Assembly (NCBI GenBank): GCA_002269645.1
Contig: NIVC01000278.1
Location: 62,001-126,000, forward strand
Length of the DNA stretch: 64,000 bases
Direction of reading: 5' to 3'
Origin: Macrostomum lignano
Taxonomy: Eukaryota
Shown: positions 38,801 through 52,690 of the stretch, piece by piece
Layout of the letters: every line of letters begins with the position of its first letter
How positions within the stretch are numbered: position 1 is the stretch's first letter
Translations under genes and position numbers: made by a program
The notes under the pieces: model-generated
The model's database searches: none
What the model was told of the DNA's origin: nothing
Seen by the model: only the letters and a program-made list of their open reading frames with translations

Positions 38801-41800
38801 CAACACAAACTGCAACAGCAGCAATCAGTTCAGTCCTCAGACTCAATGCTAGCTCAAGCGGCTCCCTATCCTCCCGGTAGCCTGTGCGAAGGCGAGCCTC
38901 TTGTAGCCCTGTACGACTTCACCGCTACTAAGCCGACTCAGTTAAGCATCCGCCGAGGTGAACAATTGAAATTTCGCGGCCTAAACAGCTCGGTTGGCCA
39001 CTGGATGGAGGTGGACAATCCGGTTAGCGGTTGCCGGGGCTGGGTGCCTTCAAGCTATGTTGCTCCGCCTAGGAATCTCAACTTGTTCGCCTGGTATCAC
39101 GGCCAAGTGAGCAGGCGACGGGCTGAGTACCTGCTGAGCTCTGGTATCAATGGTAGCTACCTGGTGAGGGACAGCGAGTCTGAGCCCGGTCAGATGAGCA
39201 TCAGTGTGCGATATAATAGCAAGGTGAGGCCTTTTGGGGTGAGGGGTTCAGTTGTAAGATGGCGTGGTCACTTGGGACTGTGAATGTTGCCGTTGTGGTG
39301 TCTTGCTGTTCTGACCGTGTTTTGTAACCGGCTCTTTTAGTAACGGTTCTTTCTCCCTCCCTTTGTGACCGTTTTCTCTTAGTGCCCATTCTTTTGCTTT
39401 TAGTGACCGTTATTTCTTTATTAGTGACCGTTCTCTCTCTATTAGTGACAGTTCTTTCTCTATTAGTGACAGTTCTTTCTCTATTAGTGACCGTTATTTC
39501 TCTCTTAGTGACCATTCTTTCTCTATTAGTGACAGTTCTTTCTCTATTAGTGACCGTTCTTTTGCTTTTAGTGACCGCTCTTTCTCTCTTATTGACCGTT
39601 CTTTCTCTATTAGTGACCGTTCTTTTGCTTTTAGTGACCGTTATTTCTCTCTTCGTGACCATTCTTTCTCTATTAGTGACCGTTATTTCTCTCTTATTGG
39701 CCGTTATTTCTCTATTAGTGACCGTTCTTTTTCTATTAGTGACCGTTATTTCTCTCTTAGTGACCATTCTTTCTCTATTAGTGACCGTTATTTCTCTCTT
39801 ATTGACCGTTATTTCTCTATTAGTGACCGTTCTTTTTCTATTAGTGACCGTTATTTCTCTCTTAGTGACCATTCTTTCTCTATTAGTGACCGTTATTTCT
39901 CTCTTATTGACCGTTATTTCTCTATTAGTGACCGTTCTTTTTCTATTAGTGACCGTTGTTTCTCTCTTAGTGACCATTCTTTCTCTATTAGTGACCGTTA
40001 TTTCTCTCTTATTGACCGTTATTTCTCTATTAGTGACCGTTCTTTTTCTATTAGTGACCGTTATTTCTCTATTATTGACCGTTATTTCTCTATTAGTGAC
40101 CGTTATTTCTCTCTTAGTGACCATTCTTTCTCTATTAGTGACAGTTCTTTCTCTATTAGTGACCGTTCTTTTTCTATTAGTGACCGTTATTTCTCTCTTA
40201 TTGACCGTTATTTCTCTATTAGTGACCGTTCTTTCTCTTTTAGTGACCGTTCTCTCTCTTTTAGTGATCGTTCTTTCTCTTTTAGTGATCGTTCTCTCTC
40301 TTAGTGACCGTTTTTTCTCTATTAGTGACCGTTCTTTCTCTTTTAGTGATCGTTCTCTCTCTCAGTGACCGTCTATTGTGACAGTATTTACGACTATTTT
40401 CTTTGAAGCCAACTGGTTACCGTGGCAACTACTTTTACACAAAACAAACCACTTCATATACCCGCTACAATTCAGATTTCTCACTCTCACCCCCTCCCCA
40501 CCGGCCGCAGGTGTTTCACTATCGAATCAGCCGAGCTGAAGGCCCAAACGGCGATCCAATCTATTTCGTGATCTCCGAGCACGCCTTCCCCACCGTGTGC
40601 CAGCTGGTGCAGCATCACTCTCAACGAGCTGACGGTCTCATGTGTGCCCTGCTGTACCCGGCGCCGAAGCGGCAACACCGGTCCGCTGCACGCGGCTGCC
40701 AGCCTGAGGACCTGTGGGAGGTGGACCGAACAGAGCTGGTGCTGCACAACAAGCTGGGAGCCGGGCAGTATGGAGACGTTTATCAGGCCGTGTGGAAGCG
40801 CTGGGGCAACCAGATGGTTGCTGTGAAAACTGTCCGCGTGAGTTGGGCGGGTTGTCTGGTTTTGAAAATCATCTTGTTTCTATTTTTAGTATCGCCCAAT
40901 ACCAGCTGATAGGAATCGCCCAATACCAGCTGATAAAGTCGCCCAATACCAGCTGATAAAGTCGCCCAATACCAGCTGATAAAATCGCCCAATACCAGCT
41001 GATAAAATCGCCCAATACCAGCTGATAAAATCGCCCAATAGCAGCAAATAAGAATCGCCCAATGCCAGCTGATAAAATCGCCCAATACCAGCTGATAAAA
41101 TCGCCCAATACCAGCTGATAAAATCGCCCAATACCAGCTGATAAAATCGCCCAATACCAGATGATAAAATCGCCCAGTACCAGCTGATAAAATCGCCCAA
41201 TACCAACAGATAAAATCGCCCAATACCAGCTGATAAAATCGCCCAATACCAGATGATAAAATCGCCCAATATCAGCTGATAAAATCGCCCAATACCAGCT
41301 GATAAAATCGCCCAATACCAACTGAAAAAATCGCCCAATATCAGCTTAAGAATCGCCCAATACCAGCTGATAAAGTCGCCCAATACCAGCTGATAAAGTC
41401 GCCCAATACCAGCTGATAAAGTCGCCCAATACCAGCAAATAAGAATCGCCCAATACCAGCTGATAAAGTCGCCCAATACCAGCTGATAAAATCGCCCAAT
41501 ACCAGCTGATAAAGTCGCCCAATACCAGCTGATAAAATCGCCCAATACCAGCTAATAAAATAGCCCAATACCAGCTGATAAAATCGCCCAATACCAGCTA
41601 ATAAAATCGCCCAATACCAGCTTAAGAATCGCCCAATAGCAGCTTAGTGCTAAAGTGCCAATAAAGCCCTATAATCATTAATAATAATATTTTATTTTAA
41701 TGCTTGTCAAGTGCAACGCATTTTGACAGACTGTGGCCTGAAGGGTCAAATAGTTGATGGGGGAGAGAGTGAGTGTGTTATGGCCAACCAATGACTCACC

Positions 41801-44800
41801 AGGGGCAGAACTTTCACCCCCACAACCCTCGCATCTCTTCCTACCTCAGCCAAAGAATTCCCATACCCCAGTCTCCGCAGGTCTTTCTTCATCATTCCAG
41901 CACCACCCGGCCAGATTATATAGATATTTTTATCTATTGAAATCCATAATATCCAATACTGTCTCTTTTCTCTTATCTGTCCATTGGTCCGTATGAAATT
42001 CTGTATGCACCTCTGTTTACTGCTGCAGTTGTTAGCCTTGTAAACTCTCTGATCTCTCTGATGCCTTCCCCGCCTTCTAGCTAAATCTTGATGTTAGTTA
42101 GCCATGGTTAGTGCCAACCGGCCGTACTTGATCGTGTGGGTGTGTTTTTCCTATTTTAGAATAATTTTTTTACTTAAAACTCTCACTCTTCCGTCCTCTC
42201 TTTCGCTCCGCTCTTCCGCCCCATTTTCCGCTCCCTTCTTCCGCTCTCTGTTCCGCTCCCCTCCACCCCATTTTCCGCTCCCTTCTTCCGCTCTCTGTTC
42301 CGCTCCCCTCCACCCCATTTTCCGCTCCCTTCTTCCGCTCTCTGTTCCGCTCCCCTCCACCCCATTTTCCGCTCCCTTCTTCCACTCTCTGTTCCGCTCC
42401 CCTCCACCCCATTTTTCCGCTCCCTTCTTCAGCTCTCTGTTCCCCTCCCCTCCACCCCATTTTCCGCTCCCTTCTTCCGCTCTCTCTGTTCCGCTCCCCT
42501 CCACCCCATTTTCCGCTCCCTTCTTCCGCTCTCTCTGTTCCGCTCCCCTCCACCCCATTTTCCGCTCCCCTCTTCCGCTCTCTGTTCCGCTCCCCTCCAC
42601 CCCATTTTCCGCTCCCTTCTTCCACTCTCTGTTCCGCTCCCCTCCACCCCATTTTCCGCTCCCTTCTTCCGCTCTCTGTTCCGCTCCCCTCCACCCCATT
42701 TTCCGCTCCCCTCTTCCGCTCTCTGTTCCGCTCCCTCCACCCCATTTTCCGCTCCCCTCTTCCGCTCTCTGTTCCGCTCCCCTCCACCTCATTTTCCGCT
42801 CCCTTCTTCCGCTCTCTGTTCCGCTCCCCTCCACCCCATTTTCCGCTCCCCTCTTCCGCTCTCTGTTCCGCTCCCCTCCACCCCATTTTCCGCTCCCTTC
42901 TTCCGCTCTCTGTTCCGCTCCCCTCCACCCCATTTTCCGCTCCCCTCTTCCGCTCTCTGTTCCGCTCCCCTCCACCCCATTTTCCGCTCCCCTCTTCCGC
43001 TCTCTGTTCCGCTCCCCTCCACCCCATTTTCCGCTCCCCTCTTCCGCTCTCTGTTCCGCTCCCCTCCACCCCATTTTCCGCTCCCTCTTCCGCTCTCTGT
43101 TCCGCTCCCCTCCACCCCATTTTCCGCTCCCCTCTTCCGCTCTCTGTTCCGCTCCCCTCCACCCCATTTTCCGCTTCCTTCTTCCGCTCTCTGTTCCGCT
43201 CCCCTCCACCCCATTTTCCGCTCCCCTCTTCCGCTCTCTGTTCCGCTCCCCTCCACCCCATTTTCCGCTCCCCACTTCCGCTCTCTGTTCCGCTCCCCTC
43301 CACCCCTTTTTCCGCTCCCCTCTTCCGCTCTCTGTTCCGCTCCCCTCCACCCCATTTTCCGCTCCCCTCTTCCGCTCCCTGTTCCGCTCCCCTCCACCCC
43401 ATTTTCCGCTCCCCTCTTCCACTCTCTGTTCCGCTCCCCTCCACCCAATTTTCCGCTCCCCTCTTCCGCTCTCTGTTCCGCTCCCCTCCACCCCATTTTC
43501 CGCTCCCTTCTTCCGCTCTCTGTTCCGCTCCCCTCCACCCCATTTTCCGCTCCCCTCTTCCGCTCTCTGTTCCGCTCCCCTCCACCCCATTTTCCGCTCC
43601 CCACTTCCGCTCCCCTCTTCCGCTCTATTCTTCCGCTCCCTTTTTACCACTGTTCTCTTTCGCTGGCCTTTTCCGCCTCCACTTCCGCCCCTCTTCCGCC
43701 CCCACTTCTGCATCCACTTCAGTCCCCACTTCCACTCCCCTCTTCCGCTCCCGCTCATCCCCTTTCCGCTCCCGTTTTCGGCTTCCCTCCTGCGCTTGTT
43801 TCTGAAAATTTATTCATAGCCTTTAGAAATTTTGAAATTTAACAAAAAATTATCGTTCTTTTTTGTCCTGTCTTCAAACCGCACAGGAGGAAATGATCTC
43901 CAAGGTCAACGAATTCTTAGCCGAGGCTCAAGTGATGAAACGGCTGCATCACGAGAATCTGGTACAGCTTTTTGGTGAGTGAACTGACTGACCTACTGAC
44001 ACAATGACCCAATGACCCACTAAATGACCCAATGACCCACTTACCCTCTCAATGACCCATAAAAAACCATTGACCTGCTAACTGACCCACTGACCCACTA
44101 AATGACCCACTGATCCATTAAATGACCCATTGACCCATTCTACCGATTCTCTGACCCAGTAAATGACCCTCTAACCCACTGACTGACACACTGACCCAAT
44201 TACTGACCCACTGACCCTCTCGCTCCATTCCACCGCCCCGCAGGCGTGTGCACCAGAGAAGCTCCCTACTACATCATCGCCGAGTTCATGCCGCACGGCA
44301 ATCTGTTAGACTTTCTAAGAAATCGCCGACTCGAACTCCGGCCCTTTGTGCTGCTCTACATGGCCAGCCAAGTGGCCAGCGGCATGGCCTATCTGGAGCA
44401 GCACCGGTTTGTTCACCGCGACCTGGCCGCCCGCAACTGCCTGGTCAGCGATGGCTCCGTGGTGAAGGTGGCCGACTTCGGCCTCACCCGCTGTCTCGAA
44501 GGCGACTCAGATGTCTACGTTGCCAGGCGGGGCGCGAAATTCCCCATCAAGTGGACAGCGCCCGAGAGTCTGGCTTATAATCGGTTCAATAGCCAATCAG
44601 ATGTTTGGTCTTTCGGCGTGTTGCTATGGGAGATTGCTACATATGGTTGTTCGCCGTACCCCAATATTGAGCTGACTCAGGTGAGTAAATTGCTCTTTGG
44701 GATTCTTTTCTATTGTGTTGAAATATAATCTATCTTCAGGATGTGGGATATTTATCTTTAGGATGTGGGTTGTTTATCTTCAGGATGTGGGATATTTATC

Positions 44801-47800
44801 TTCAGGATATGGGATATTTATCTTCAGTGTGTGGGATATTTATTTTCATGATGTGGGATGTTTATCTTCAGGATATGGGATGTTTATCTTCAGGATGTGG
44901 TATATTTAATTCAGGGTGTGGAATGTTTATCTTCAGGGTGTGGTATATTTATTTTCATGATGTGGGATATTTATCTTCAGGATGTGGAATGTTTATCTTC
45001 AGGGTGTGGGATATTTATCTTCAGGGTGTGGGGATATTTATCTTCAGGGTGTGGGATATTTATCTTCAGGGTGTGGGATATTTTGTCTTCAGGATATGGG
45101 AGCACGCTTTTACAGACTAGATTCAGGATGTAAAGTTGGGTAGATTCACGATTTAGGATCAGAGTCAGGTTGGATCAGAAAAGAAAGCTCATCTATGCTT
45201 CAAGGATTTGAGATATTAAAAGGAATTTTATCCCACATTGATTCAGTCAATTTCACCGCCTCCCGCTCCCCAGGTGTACCAGCTGCTAGAGAGCGGCTAC
45301 CGCATGGACAAGCCCCCCGGCTGCCCGGACTCTGTCTACCAGCTCATGCGGCTCTGCTGGCTGTGGGAGCCGGAGCGGCGGCCGGCTTTCGGGCAGCTGC
45401 ACGACGAACTGACCGGCCTCTGCAACCAGGGCTGCCTGCAAAGCGGCGGCGGCGGCGCCGGGAGAGAGGACGGTGAGGCCTCCTGTTGCTTTGGGAAATT
45501 GCGATTCCCCTGTTCACGGACAATTTGAAGGACACTGAATCATCTGTTGGACACCGGATGTTTGTAGAATCTCTTGTTGATGGGCTATTTGGGGAAATTC
45601 CCAGTTCGAACTTTTTTATTCTTTGTGGGTGGAAAGTTCAAGGGAATTCCCCGTCACAAGACAATCTAGAGGAATCCCCATGTTTGTAGACAATTCATAG
45701 AAATCCCTTGTTGGTGAACAGTTCAGGGAAATCCCGGGCCCGTTGGTGGACAATTTAAGATAATTGCCTGTTCGTGAAAAACTCAGGGGAATTCCCTGTT
45801 TATGAAAAACTCAGGGGAATTCCCTGTTCGTGGAAATTTCAGGGGAATTCCCTGTTCGTGTAAAACTCCGGGGAATTCCCCTGCTGGAGGACAATTCAGG
45901 GGAATTCCCCTGTTGGTGGACAATTCAGAGAAATTCCCCTGTTGGTGGACAATTCAGGGGAATTCCCCTGTTAGTGGACAATTTAGGGGAATTCCCCTGT
46001 TGGTGGACAATTCAGGGAAATTCCCCTGTTGGTGGACAATTTAGGGAAATTCCCCTGTTGGTGGACAATTTAGGGAAATTCCCCTGTTGGTGGACAATTC
46101 AGAGAAATTCCCCTGTTGGTGGACAATTCAGGGGAATTCCCCTGTTGGTGGACAATTTAGGGGAATTCCCCTGTTGGTGGACAATTCAGGGAAATTCCCC
46201 TGTTGGTGATCACGGCTACTAGATCTATGGTGATTATTTTGTTAAATAAAGCCATATTTTGATTAATGCATGCCAGTATAAGATTATTGAACCTTGGAAA
46301 ATGTGGCTAAGTATGCATTTCAATTTCGCAGACATCGCAGCCCTGGAGCTGCAGTTGCAGGAGCTGCAGCAGCAGTCGTTGCAGATCGCTGAGGCGCCCC
46401 CGTCTTCCAGCGGCGTTACCAAAGTCAGCTGCTGTCTACAGACTGACGCCCCATCAGCCATGTACCTGTGTACCACTGGCGCCCAGGCCAAGCCCCTGTC
46501 AAGTACTGGCCAACGCCTTTTTATAAGATTACTAGTCTAATCCCTTTAATTCCTATATTTTGATTTTGTGTCAGTGTTGCTCCTTCATTGGCTTTTTAAA
46601 TAATTGTTTCTATAGTTTAGCAATATGTTGTTTAAACCCAGTTTTAGTTAATTAGAGGTATTTTGTGGCTTTATTTTACTGATATTCATAATGCAAATAG
46701 ATTTATTGCATTGGATTTTGTTTCATTTTCATTTTTCTGTTGTAATGTTTTTCCAGAGCCTGTATATCCCATGACCGAATCTATGACTCAAATATTGTAT
46801 GACCCAATTTATGACCCAAATAGTCGATGACCCAATCTCATGACCCAATATCTTATGATCCAAATATTATGGCCAATCCTCGACTCAAAATCTCATGTCT
46901 TAAAACATTCCATGATCGAAAAATATTCAATGACCTTAATATTATACTCCATGACCAAAATATCTTCTGATCCAATTCATGACCCAATATCTTATGACCG
47001 GAAAATCTTGCAACACAAATATACAATGACCTTAACCATCCTTTGACGTTTGACCCTTGACCCAAATATCCCATGACCCACACACCAAATGACCCATATC
47101 ATGAGCATACGGATCATAATTATCTAACCTCTAAAAACGATGCTATCCCTGTAATCCGTCCCCTAAATCCCCTCGCGCAGCGGTGGCCTCGGCGGGCTCC
47201 AACAGCAATCCGGCAGACGATGTCGCCAGCCACCACAGCGGCTCCACCTGCAGCTCCAATCGGAGTCGAAGATTTGATTTGCAGCAGCAGCAGCAGCAGC
47301 ATCGGAGAACTCCCACGGTTGATGAGGAATTGGACAATTCAGGTGGTGCCACCGGAGTTGGTGGTTCTTCGACGAACACCGCAGGCAGCGGTGGCGGTGG
47401 GCAGCACCCGAGCTCGGCGCCAACTCGAAGGCGACGCGGCGGTGGAGGATCAACGATTCAGCAGACTTCGATTGTGACCTGCCCTGGTAAGCGCTGTTTT
47501 TGCGAGAGGAAAAAGATGAGAGATGAGATGAGGGGGAGGGGGTGAGAGAAGCGAGTTGAGAAGAGACACAAACCTTGAGCTGAAGTTTCAAAGGACCCGA
47601 GGGCCGGATAAGAGAGACTTTGCAGGCCGGCCGCATGTGTCATAAAATAGAAGCACAAATGATAATCAATTAACCATAGAATAACACCCTGGAATAGAAT
47701 CGTAGAATATAATCATAGAATATAACCATGGAATATAATCATAGAATATAATCATAGAATACAATCATAGAATATAATCATAGAATGTAATCATAGAATA

Positions 47801-48905
47801 TAATCATAGAATAAAATCATAGAATATAATCATTGAATATAATCATATAATATAACCATAAAATAAAATCATAGAATAAAATCATAGAATATAATCATAG
47901 AATATAATCATAGAATATAACCATGGAATATAATCATGGAATATAATCATGGAATATAATCATGGAATATAAATATCGAGTATACCATAGAATATAATCA
48001 TAGAATATAATCATGGAATATAACCATGGAATATAACCATGGAATATAACCATGGAATATAACCACTATCACCTAATACCATCTCACCTCCTCGTAGGCG
48101 TCAGCAAGCGCCTACCAACGTCAGCTTCATCTGCTTCCCAGTCTCAGCATCCGCCTAGGCTAATGAATAACCTGCTGATAATGAGGCCATCCCTCAGCTT
48201 GGCAACCGCAGCCTCGGCAGCAGCGCACGAGAATTCCGCGTCCTCCACTGCAGCAGTCGCTCACATGAGAAGCGTCAGCACTCCAGTTGATGCTCCGTCC
48301 TCCTCCGCCGCTGCGGTTGCCATGGACTCTAACAATCATCATCACCATAGCAACGATAGCGACGCGGCATCGTCGGCTTCGTGGCTTCAGCAACACCAGC
48401 GACTGTCGCAGCAACGGCATCGACGCCGCCATCGACATCATCGACATCGGCGAGGTCAGCTGGGCGGCGGCGGCAGCTCCGGCGCAACGGCGACTCCCAG
48501 CGACACCGGAGGCAGCTCCGAGTCCAACACGTCGTCTAGGGAGTCGCTGCATCGTCAGCCGCCTCAGCCAATGAAAACGGCCGTTGCCTGCCAGTCGAGT
48601 CCTCCGATTGGGATTCGCCGGGTTTCGTCGCATTTGCAGCAGCATCAGCAGCAGCAGCAGCAGCTCCGCCAGTCTTTGACGGAAGATCTGTCCAGCCAGC
48701 AGCAGCAGCAGCAACAGCAGCAACAGAGAAGGTCTTGGACAGCCTTTACCAGCAATGCAGGTACCTCCAATGCTACAGGTAACGGTAAACCCCAGCGTCG
48801 TCGCAAGCACCATCATCAGCATCCGCAGCAAAGAGCTTCAACTTCGTCAGCTTCTTCATCGATTGATCAGCAGTTGAAGCCTCTGCCTACCCAGCCTTTG
48901 ACATC

Positions 48906-48978
<73 letters not shown>

Positions 48979-49365
48979 GCCTCTCCAACTAGAGAAGAAG
49001 TTCTAACCAGTATTAACGAATTAATCTGCGGTTGCGACTTCCTTCTGGGCCTGTTCCCTCTGACAGCGGCCGATGTCAGAGAGCTGAGCGATCAAGCCAA
49101 TGCCGGCATCAAACTGCTGGCTTGCTACGCCCTGCAGCAGGAGCAGCTCAGCCGAAACAGCAGCTCGGGTGTGCCCGAGTGGCTCAATCGCTTGTTGGTA
49201 GCCTGCGGCGGCTCTGCCAGTCAACAGGCTGACGGCTGTCTGTCTGACCGGCTGGTCGAGTTTCGTCGGCGAGGCATCGAGTCGCCTGAGGATGTCGGCG
49301 TGCCGGCGATGCTGGAATCGTTGAGGGCCGATTTTACAGAGCTTCAGCAGCTGTTGAAGCGGTGA
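32819..49365 (+). CDS. abl: Abl non-receptor tyrosine kinase (SH3-SH2-kinase, long polyQ/low-complexity tail), about 1148 aa
   Basis: Exons 32819-32975 (MGAQ myristoylation start), 38730-39223, 40511-40837, 43887-43974, 44244-44680, 45274-45472, 46332-46502 (donor uncertain), 47181-47486, 48098-49365; all phases compatible. Abl signatures: [60 protein letters not shown]. Confidence 0.93.
34691..35829 (-). mobile_element. LTR (34788-35829, TGTTAG...GTTCA) followed by a duplicated tRNA-Leu PBS, in Abl intron 1
   Basis: TGGTGGCAGCGGTGGGATTC at 34786-34767 and again at 34710-34691 (76-bp tandem duplication). It is complementary to the 3' end of eukaryotic tRNA-Leu. No internal ORFs and no TSD seen. 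Confidence 0.8.
39380..40370. repeat. 21-bp intronic minisatellite (Abl intron 2)
   Basis: Unit about TTAGTGACCGTTMTTTCTCTM. It produces the spurious LLVTV and NREITV ORFs. Confidence 0.95.
40889..41640. repeat. 22-bp intronic minisatellite (Abl intron 3)
   Basis: Unit AAATCGCCCAATACCAGCTGAT. Confidence 0.95.
42190..43620. repeat. 47-bp pyrimidine-rich minisatellite (Abl intron 3)
   Basis: Unit TTCCGCTCTCTGTTCCGCTCCCCTCCACCCCATTTTCCGCTCCCCTC, about 30 copies. Confidence 0.95.
44731..45100. repeat. 22-bp degenerate minisatellite (Abl intron 5)
   Basis: Unit ATTTATCTTCAGGGTGTGGGAT. Confidence 0.9.
45780..46206. repeat. 29-bp minisatellite, each unit containing a GGGGAATTCCCC or GGGAAATTCCCC site (Abl intron 6)
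   Basis: Unit GGGGAATTCCCCTGTTGGTGGACAATTCA, about 15 copies. Confidence 0.95.
47540..47637 (+). mobile_element. Second partial copy of the hAT-type element seen at about 20040-20172
   Basis: Shares GAGAAGAGACACAAAC...TGAAGTTTCAAA.GACCCGAGGGC.GGATA..AGAG.CTTTGC.GGCCG. Confidence 0.7.
47695..48062. repeat. 13-bp minisatellite (Abl intron 8)
   Basis: Unit ATAGAATATAATC. Confidence 0.95.
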
Positions 49366-49374
49366 ATGGCGATT

Positions 49375-49441
49375 AATTGATTGATGGATTAATTGATTGA
49401 TTGATTGATTGATCGATTGATTGATTGATTGATTGATTGGC

Positions 49442-49500
<59 letters not shown>

Positions 49501-49501
49501 C

Positions 49502-49567
<66 letters not shown>

Positions 49568-49740
49568 GTTTATTGGTTTATTGATTGGTTGGTTTATTGA
49601 TTGATTGATTGATTGATTGATTAGCTGATTGTTTGATTAATTGATTGATTTGTTACCTGACTGATTGGCTGATTGATTGATTGGTTAGTTGATTGTTTGA
49701 TTGATTGATTAATTGATAGGCTGATTGTTTGATTAATTGA
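49375..49740. repeat. (ATTG)n microsatellite in the Abl 3' region
   Basis: Degenerate GATT run starting just after the stop codon. Confidence 0.95.
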
Positions 49741-51235
49741 TGGATTGCCTGGATCACCGAGGCACTCGCAATGGATTTTTGTACAATCGAATTTATTGGC
49801 TCACAAAGTATTTGTGCCCAAGGCAAACTAATTATAATTTATGATGGGAACTCAGCCTATTAATTAATAATTAGATTATTAAGTTGAAAATCGAAATTAG
49901 ATTTCAAATAATACCTATCAAATCAATTTGACAATAAGTTTATGGTACATCTGAATCGTAATAAACAAGTAATCAATAAGAGTAGAAAAACTTATTAACG
50001 CAATTCCGTTCTGTGTTAAATATTATACCTATATATCATTTTAAACGACAATCATGTTTGAAAGTATTTTTCCTGTTTAATTACTCACGAAAATGATAAA
50101 CTCTAATTATTTATTTATTTTTGCCTTGAATAGTAAGGCTAGCTACGTTAATTCCGCATGCAATCCCATAAGAGTTTGCTAATAATTCATAAATTTATAG
50201 TTTAATTTTAGTAATTTTTGTCTTCCTTTGACATTGCTTTTGATGACAATATAGATTGGGTTAAAAGAATTTTTCTTTTGTAATAAATTATGCTATTAGT
50301 GCTTTTGTTGCTTTTAAGCCAAATATACTATTGAATAGTACTACTAATAGCAACACTATATACACGTGCGTATATTACCATTATTTTGCGCTTGCTTCTA
50401 TAAAAATTGAAAGTTTTTTAGATCTCATATATGCATATATTAAGCTGGTAAATTATGTCTAGTCATTAAGAACTACTCAAAAGGCCTTCTCAATCCGAAT
50501 ACTCAAATTTTTGTTGTGTGTTTTTTATCGAATTTATTTAATCTCAATACTTCTATATGTTGAATTAAATATAATATTTTTCACCAAATTCAGTGCAATA
50601 TTTGGACAGCTTTATCTGCTGTAAATAACAAAGGTTTATCTATGATATTCATGGTTTGTTTATTATAAACTGTTGCTGCAATGCTGCATCTGCATGCTTT
50701 TCACAACTGGTGTGTTCGCCATATTCAATTGACAAAGAATTTTCTAAACTGTACTGCTGCTTCAAATTTGTCCACATTTTCGCTACTGTCAGTAGTATCT
50801 ATGCAAATCAGTTTGTGTTTTTTTATATTTAATAATTTTTAATGCAAAATATATTACTCAAACACTAAAGTTTATATATTGGTATTTAATTATAACAAAT
50901 TGCAGTTATTTGTTTTTGTTATGAATATCGCCATTAAAGTCTTCTATTATATATTAATAATAGTTTATCGCTTTAGTATGTCTCTATGTCTGTAAATTTT
51001 TATGCCTTGCTAATCTGGCTAAAATATGTTGTTGTTGCTTTCAATTTTATCCATGAAAGCTAAAAGCAAAAAATCCGGCTTTTGTGCAGTTCTTTTTTCT
51101 GCTAAATTTTTAAAACTATTAATTTACAAAACTGTGTATTATTTAGTGATTTGTTAATTTATTCTACTTTTTATAGTTTTAAAGAAGATTAAAGCGCTAG
51201 TGATTTCTTGATTAAAAGTTTTTGTGTAGTAGTAC

Positions 51236-52690
51236 GTGAGTAGTAGTATGCGGTATTAAGTGAGTAGTATTGAGTGAGTTTCATTCAGTTAGTAGTATTG
51301 AGTGAGTAGTGTTCAGTTAGTAGTATTGAGTGAGTTTCATTCAGTTAGTAGTATTGAGTGAGTTTCATTCAGTTAGTAGTATTGAGTGAGTTTCATTCAG
51401 TTAGTAGTATTGAGTGAGTTTCATTCAGTTAGTAGTATTGAGTGAGTTTCATTCAGTTAGTAGTATTGAGTGAGTTTCATTCAGTTAGTAGTATTGAGCG
51501 AGTAGTGTTCAGTAAGTAGTATTGAGTGAGTAGTATTCAGTTAGTAGCATTGAGTGAGTAGTATTCAATTAGTAGTATTGAGTGAGTAGTATTCAGTTAG
51601 TAGCATTGAGTGAGTAGTATTCAATTAGTAGTATTGAGTGAGTAGTATTCAGTAAGTAGTATTGAGTGAGTAGTATTCAGTTAGTAGCATTGAGTGAGTA
51701 GTATTCAGTAAGTAGTATTGAGTGAGTAGTATTCAGTAAGTAGTATTGAGTGAGTAGTATTCAGTTAGTAGTATTGAGTGAGTAGTATTCAGTTAGTAGT
51801 ATTGAGTGAGTAGTATTCAGTTAGTAGCATTGAGTGAGTAGTATTCAGTAAGTAGTATTGAGTGAGTAGTATTCAGTTAGTAGCATTGAGTGAGTAGTAT
51901 TCAATTAGTAGTATTGAGTGAGTAGTATTCAGTTAGTAGCATTGAGTGAGTAGTATTCAATTAGTAGTATTGAGTGAGTAGTATTCAGTTAGTAGCATTG
52001 AGTGAGTAGTATTCAGTTAGTAGTATTGAGTGAGTAGTATTCAATTAGTAGTATTGAGTGAGTAGTATTCAGTTAGTAGCATTGAGTGAGTAGTATTCAA
52101 TTAGTAGTATTGAGTGAGTAGTATTCAGTTAGTAGTATTGAGTGAGTAGTATTCAGTTAGTAGCATTGAGTGAGTAGTATTCAGTTAGTAGTATTGAGTG
52201 AGTAGTATTCAATTAGTAGTATTGAGTGAGTAGTATTCAGTTAGTAGCATTGAGTGAGTAGTATTCAATTAGTAGTATTGAGTGAATAGCATTCAGTTAG
52301 TAGCATTGGGTGAGTAGTATTCAGTTAGTAGTATTGAGTGAGTAGTATTCAGTTAGTAGCATTGAGTGAGTAGTATTCAATTAGTAGTATTGAGTGAATA
52401 GTATTCAGTTAGTAGCATTGGGTGAGTAGTATTCAGTTAGTAGCATTGAGTGAGTAGTATTCAGTTAGTAGTATTGAGTGAGTAGTATTCAGTTAGTAGT
52501 ATTGAGTGAGTAGTATTCAGTTAGTAGTATTGAGTGAGTAGTATTCAGGTAGCAGTATTGAGTGAGTAGTATTATGTGAGTAGTTAATTAAGCAAATAAT
52601 GTTGAGTACAGATAGGTAGTATTTAATGAGTAGTATTCAGTGAGTAGTATTCAGTAACTTTTTTGAATCAGTAAGTAGTATTGAGTAAGT
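51236..52690. repeat. 28-bp minisatellite upstream of RHD gene 1
   Basis: Unit GAGTGAGTAGTATTCAGTTAGTAGTATT, roughly 50 copies. Confidence 0.95.

Noticed and set aside
39201-43819. Many long repetitive ORFs ([19 protein letters not shown] types)
   Set aside because: Stop-free frames of intronic minisatellites between authentic Abl exons.
48160-48831. Antisense 223-aa ORF
   Set aside because: Shadow frame of the low-complexity Abl last exon.
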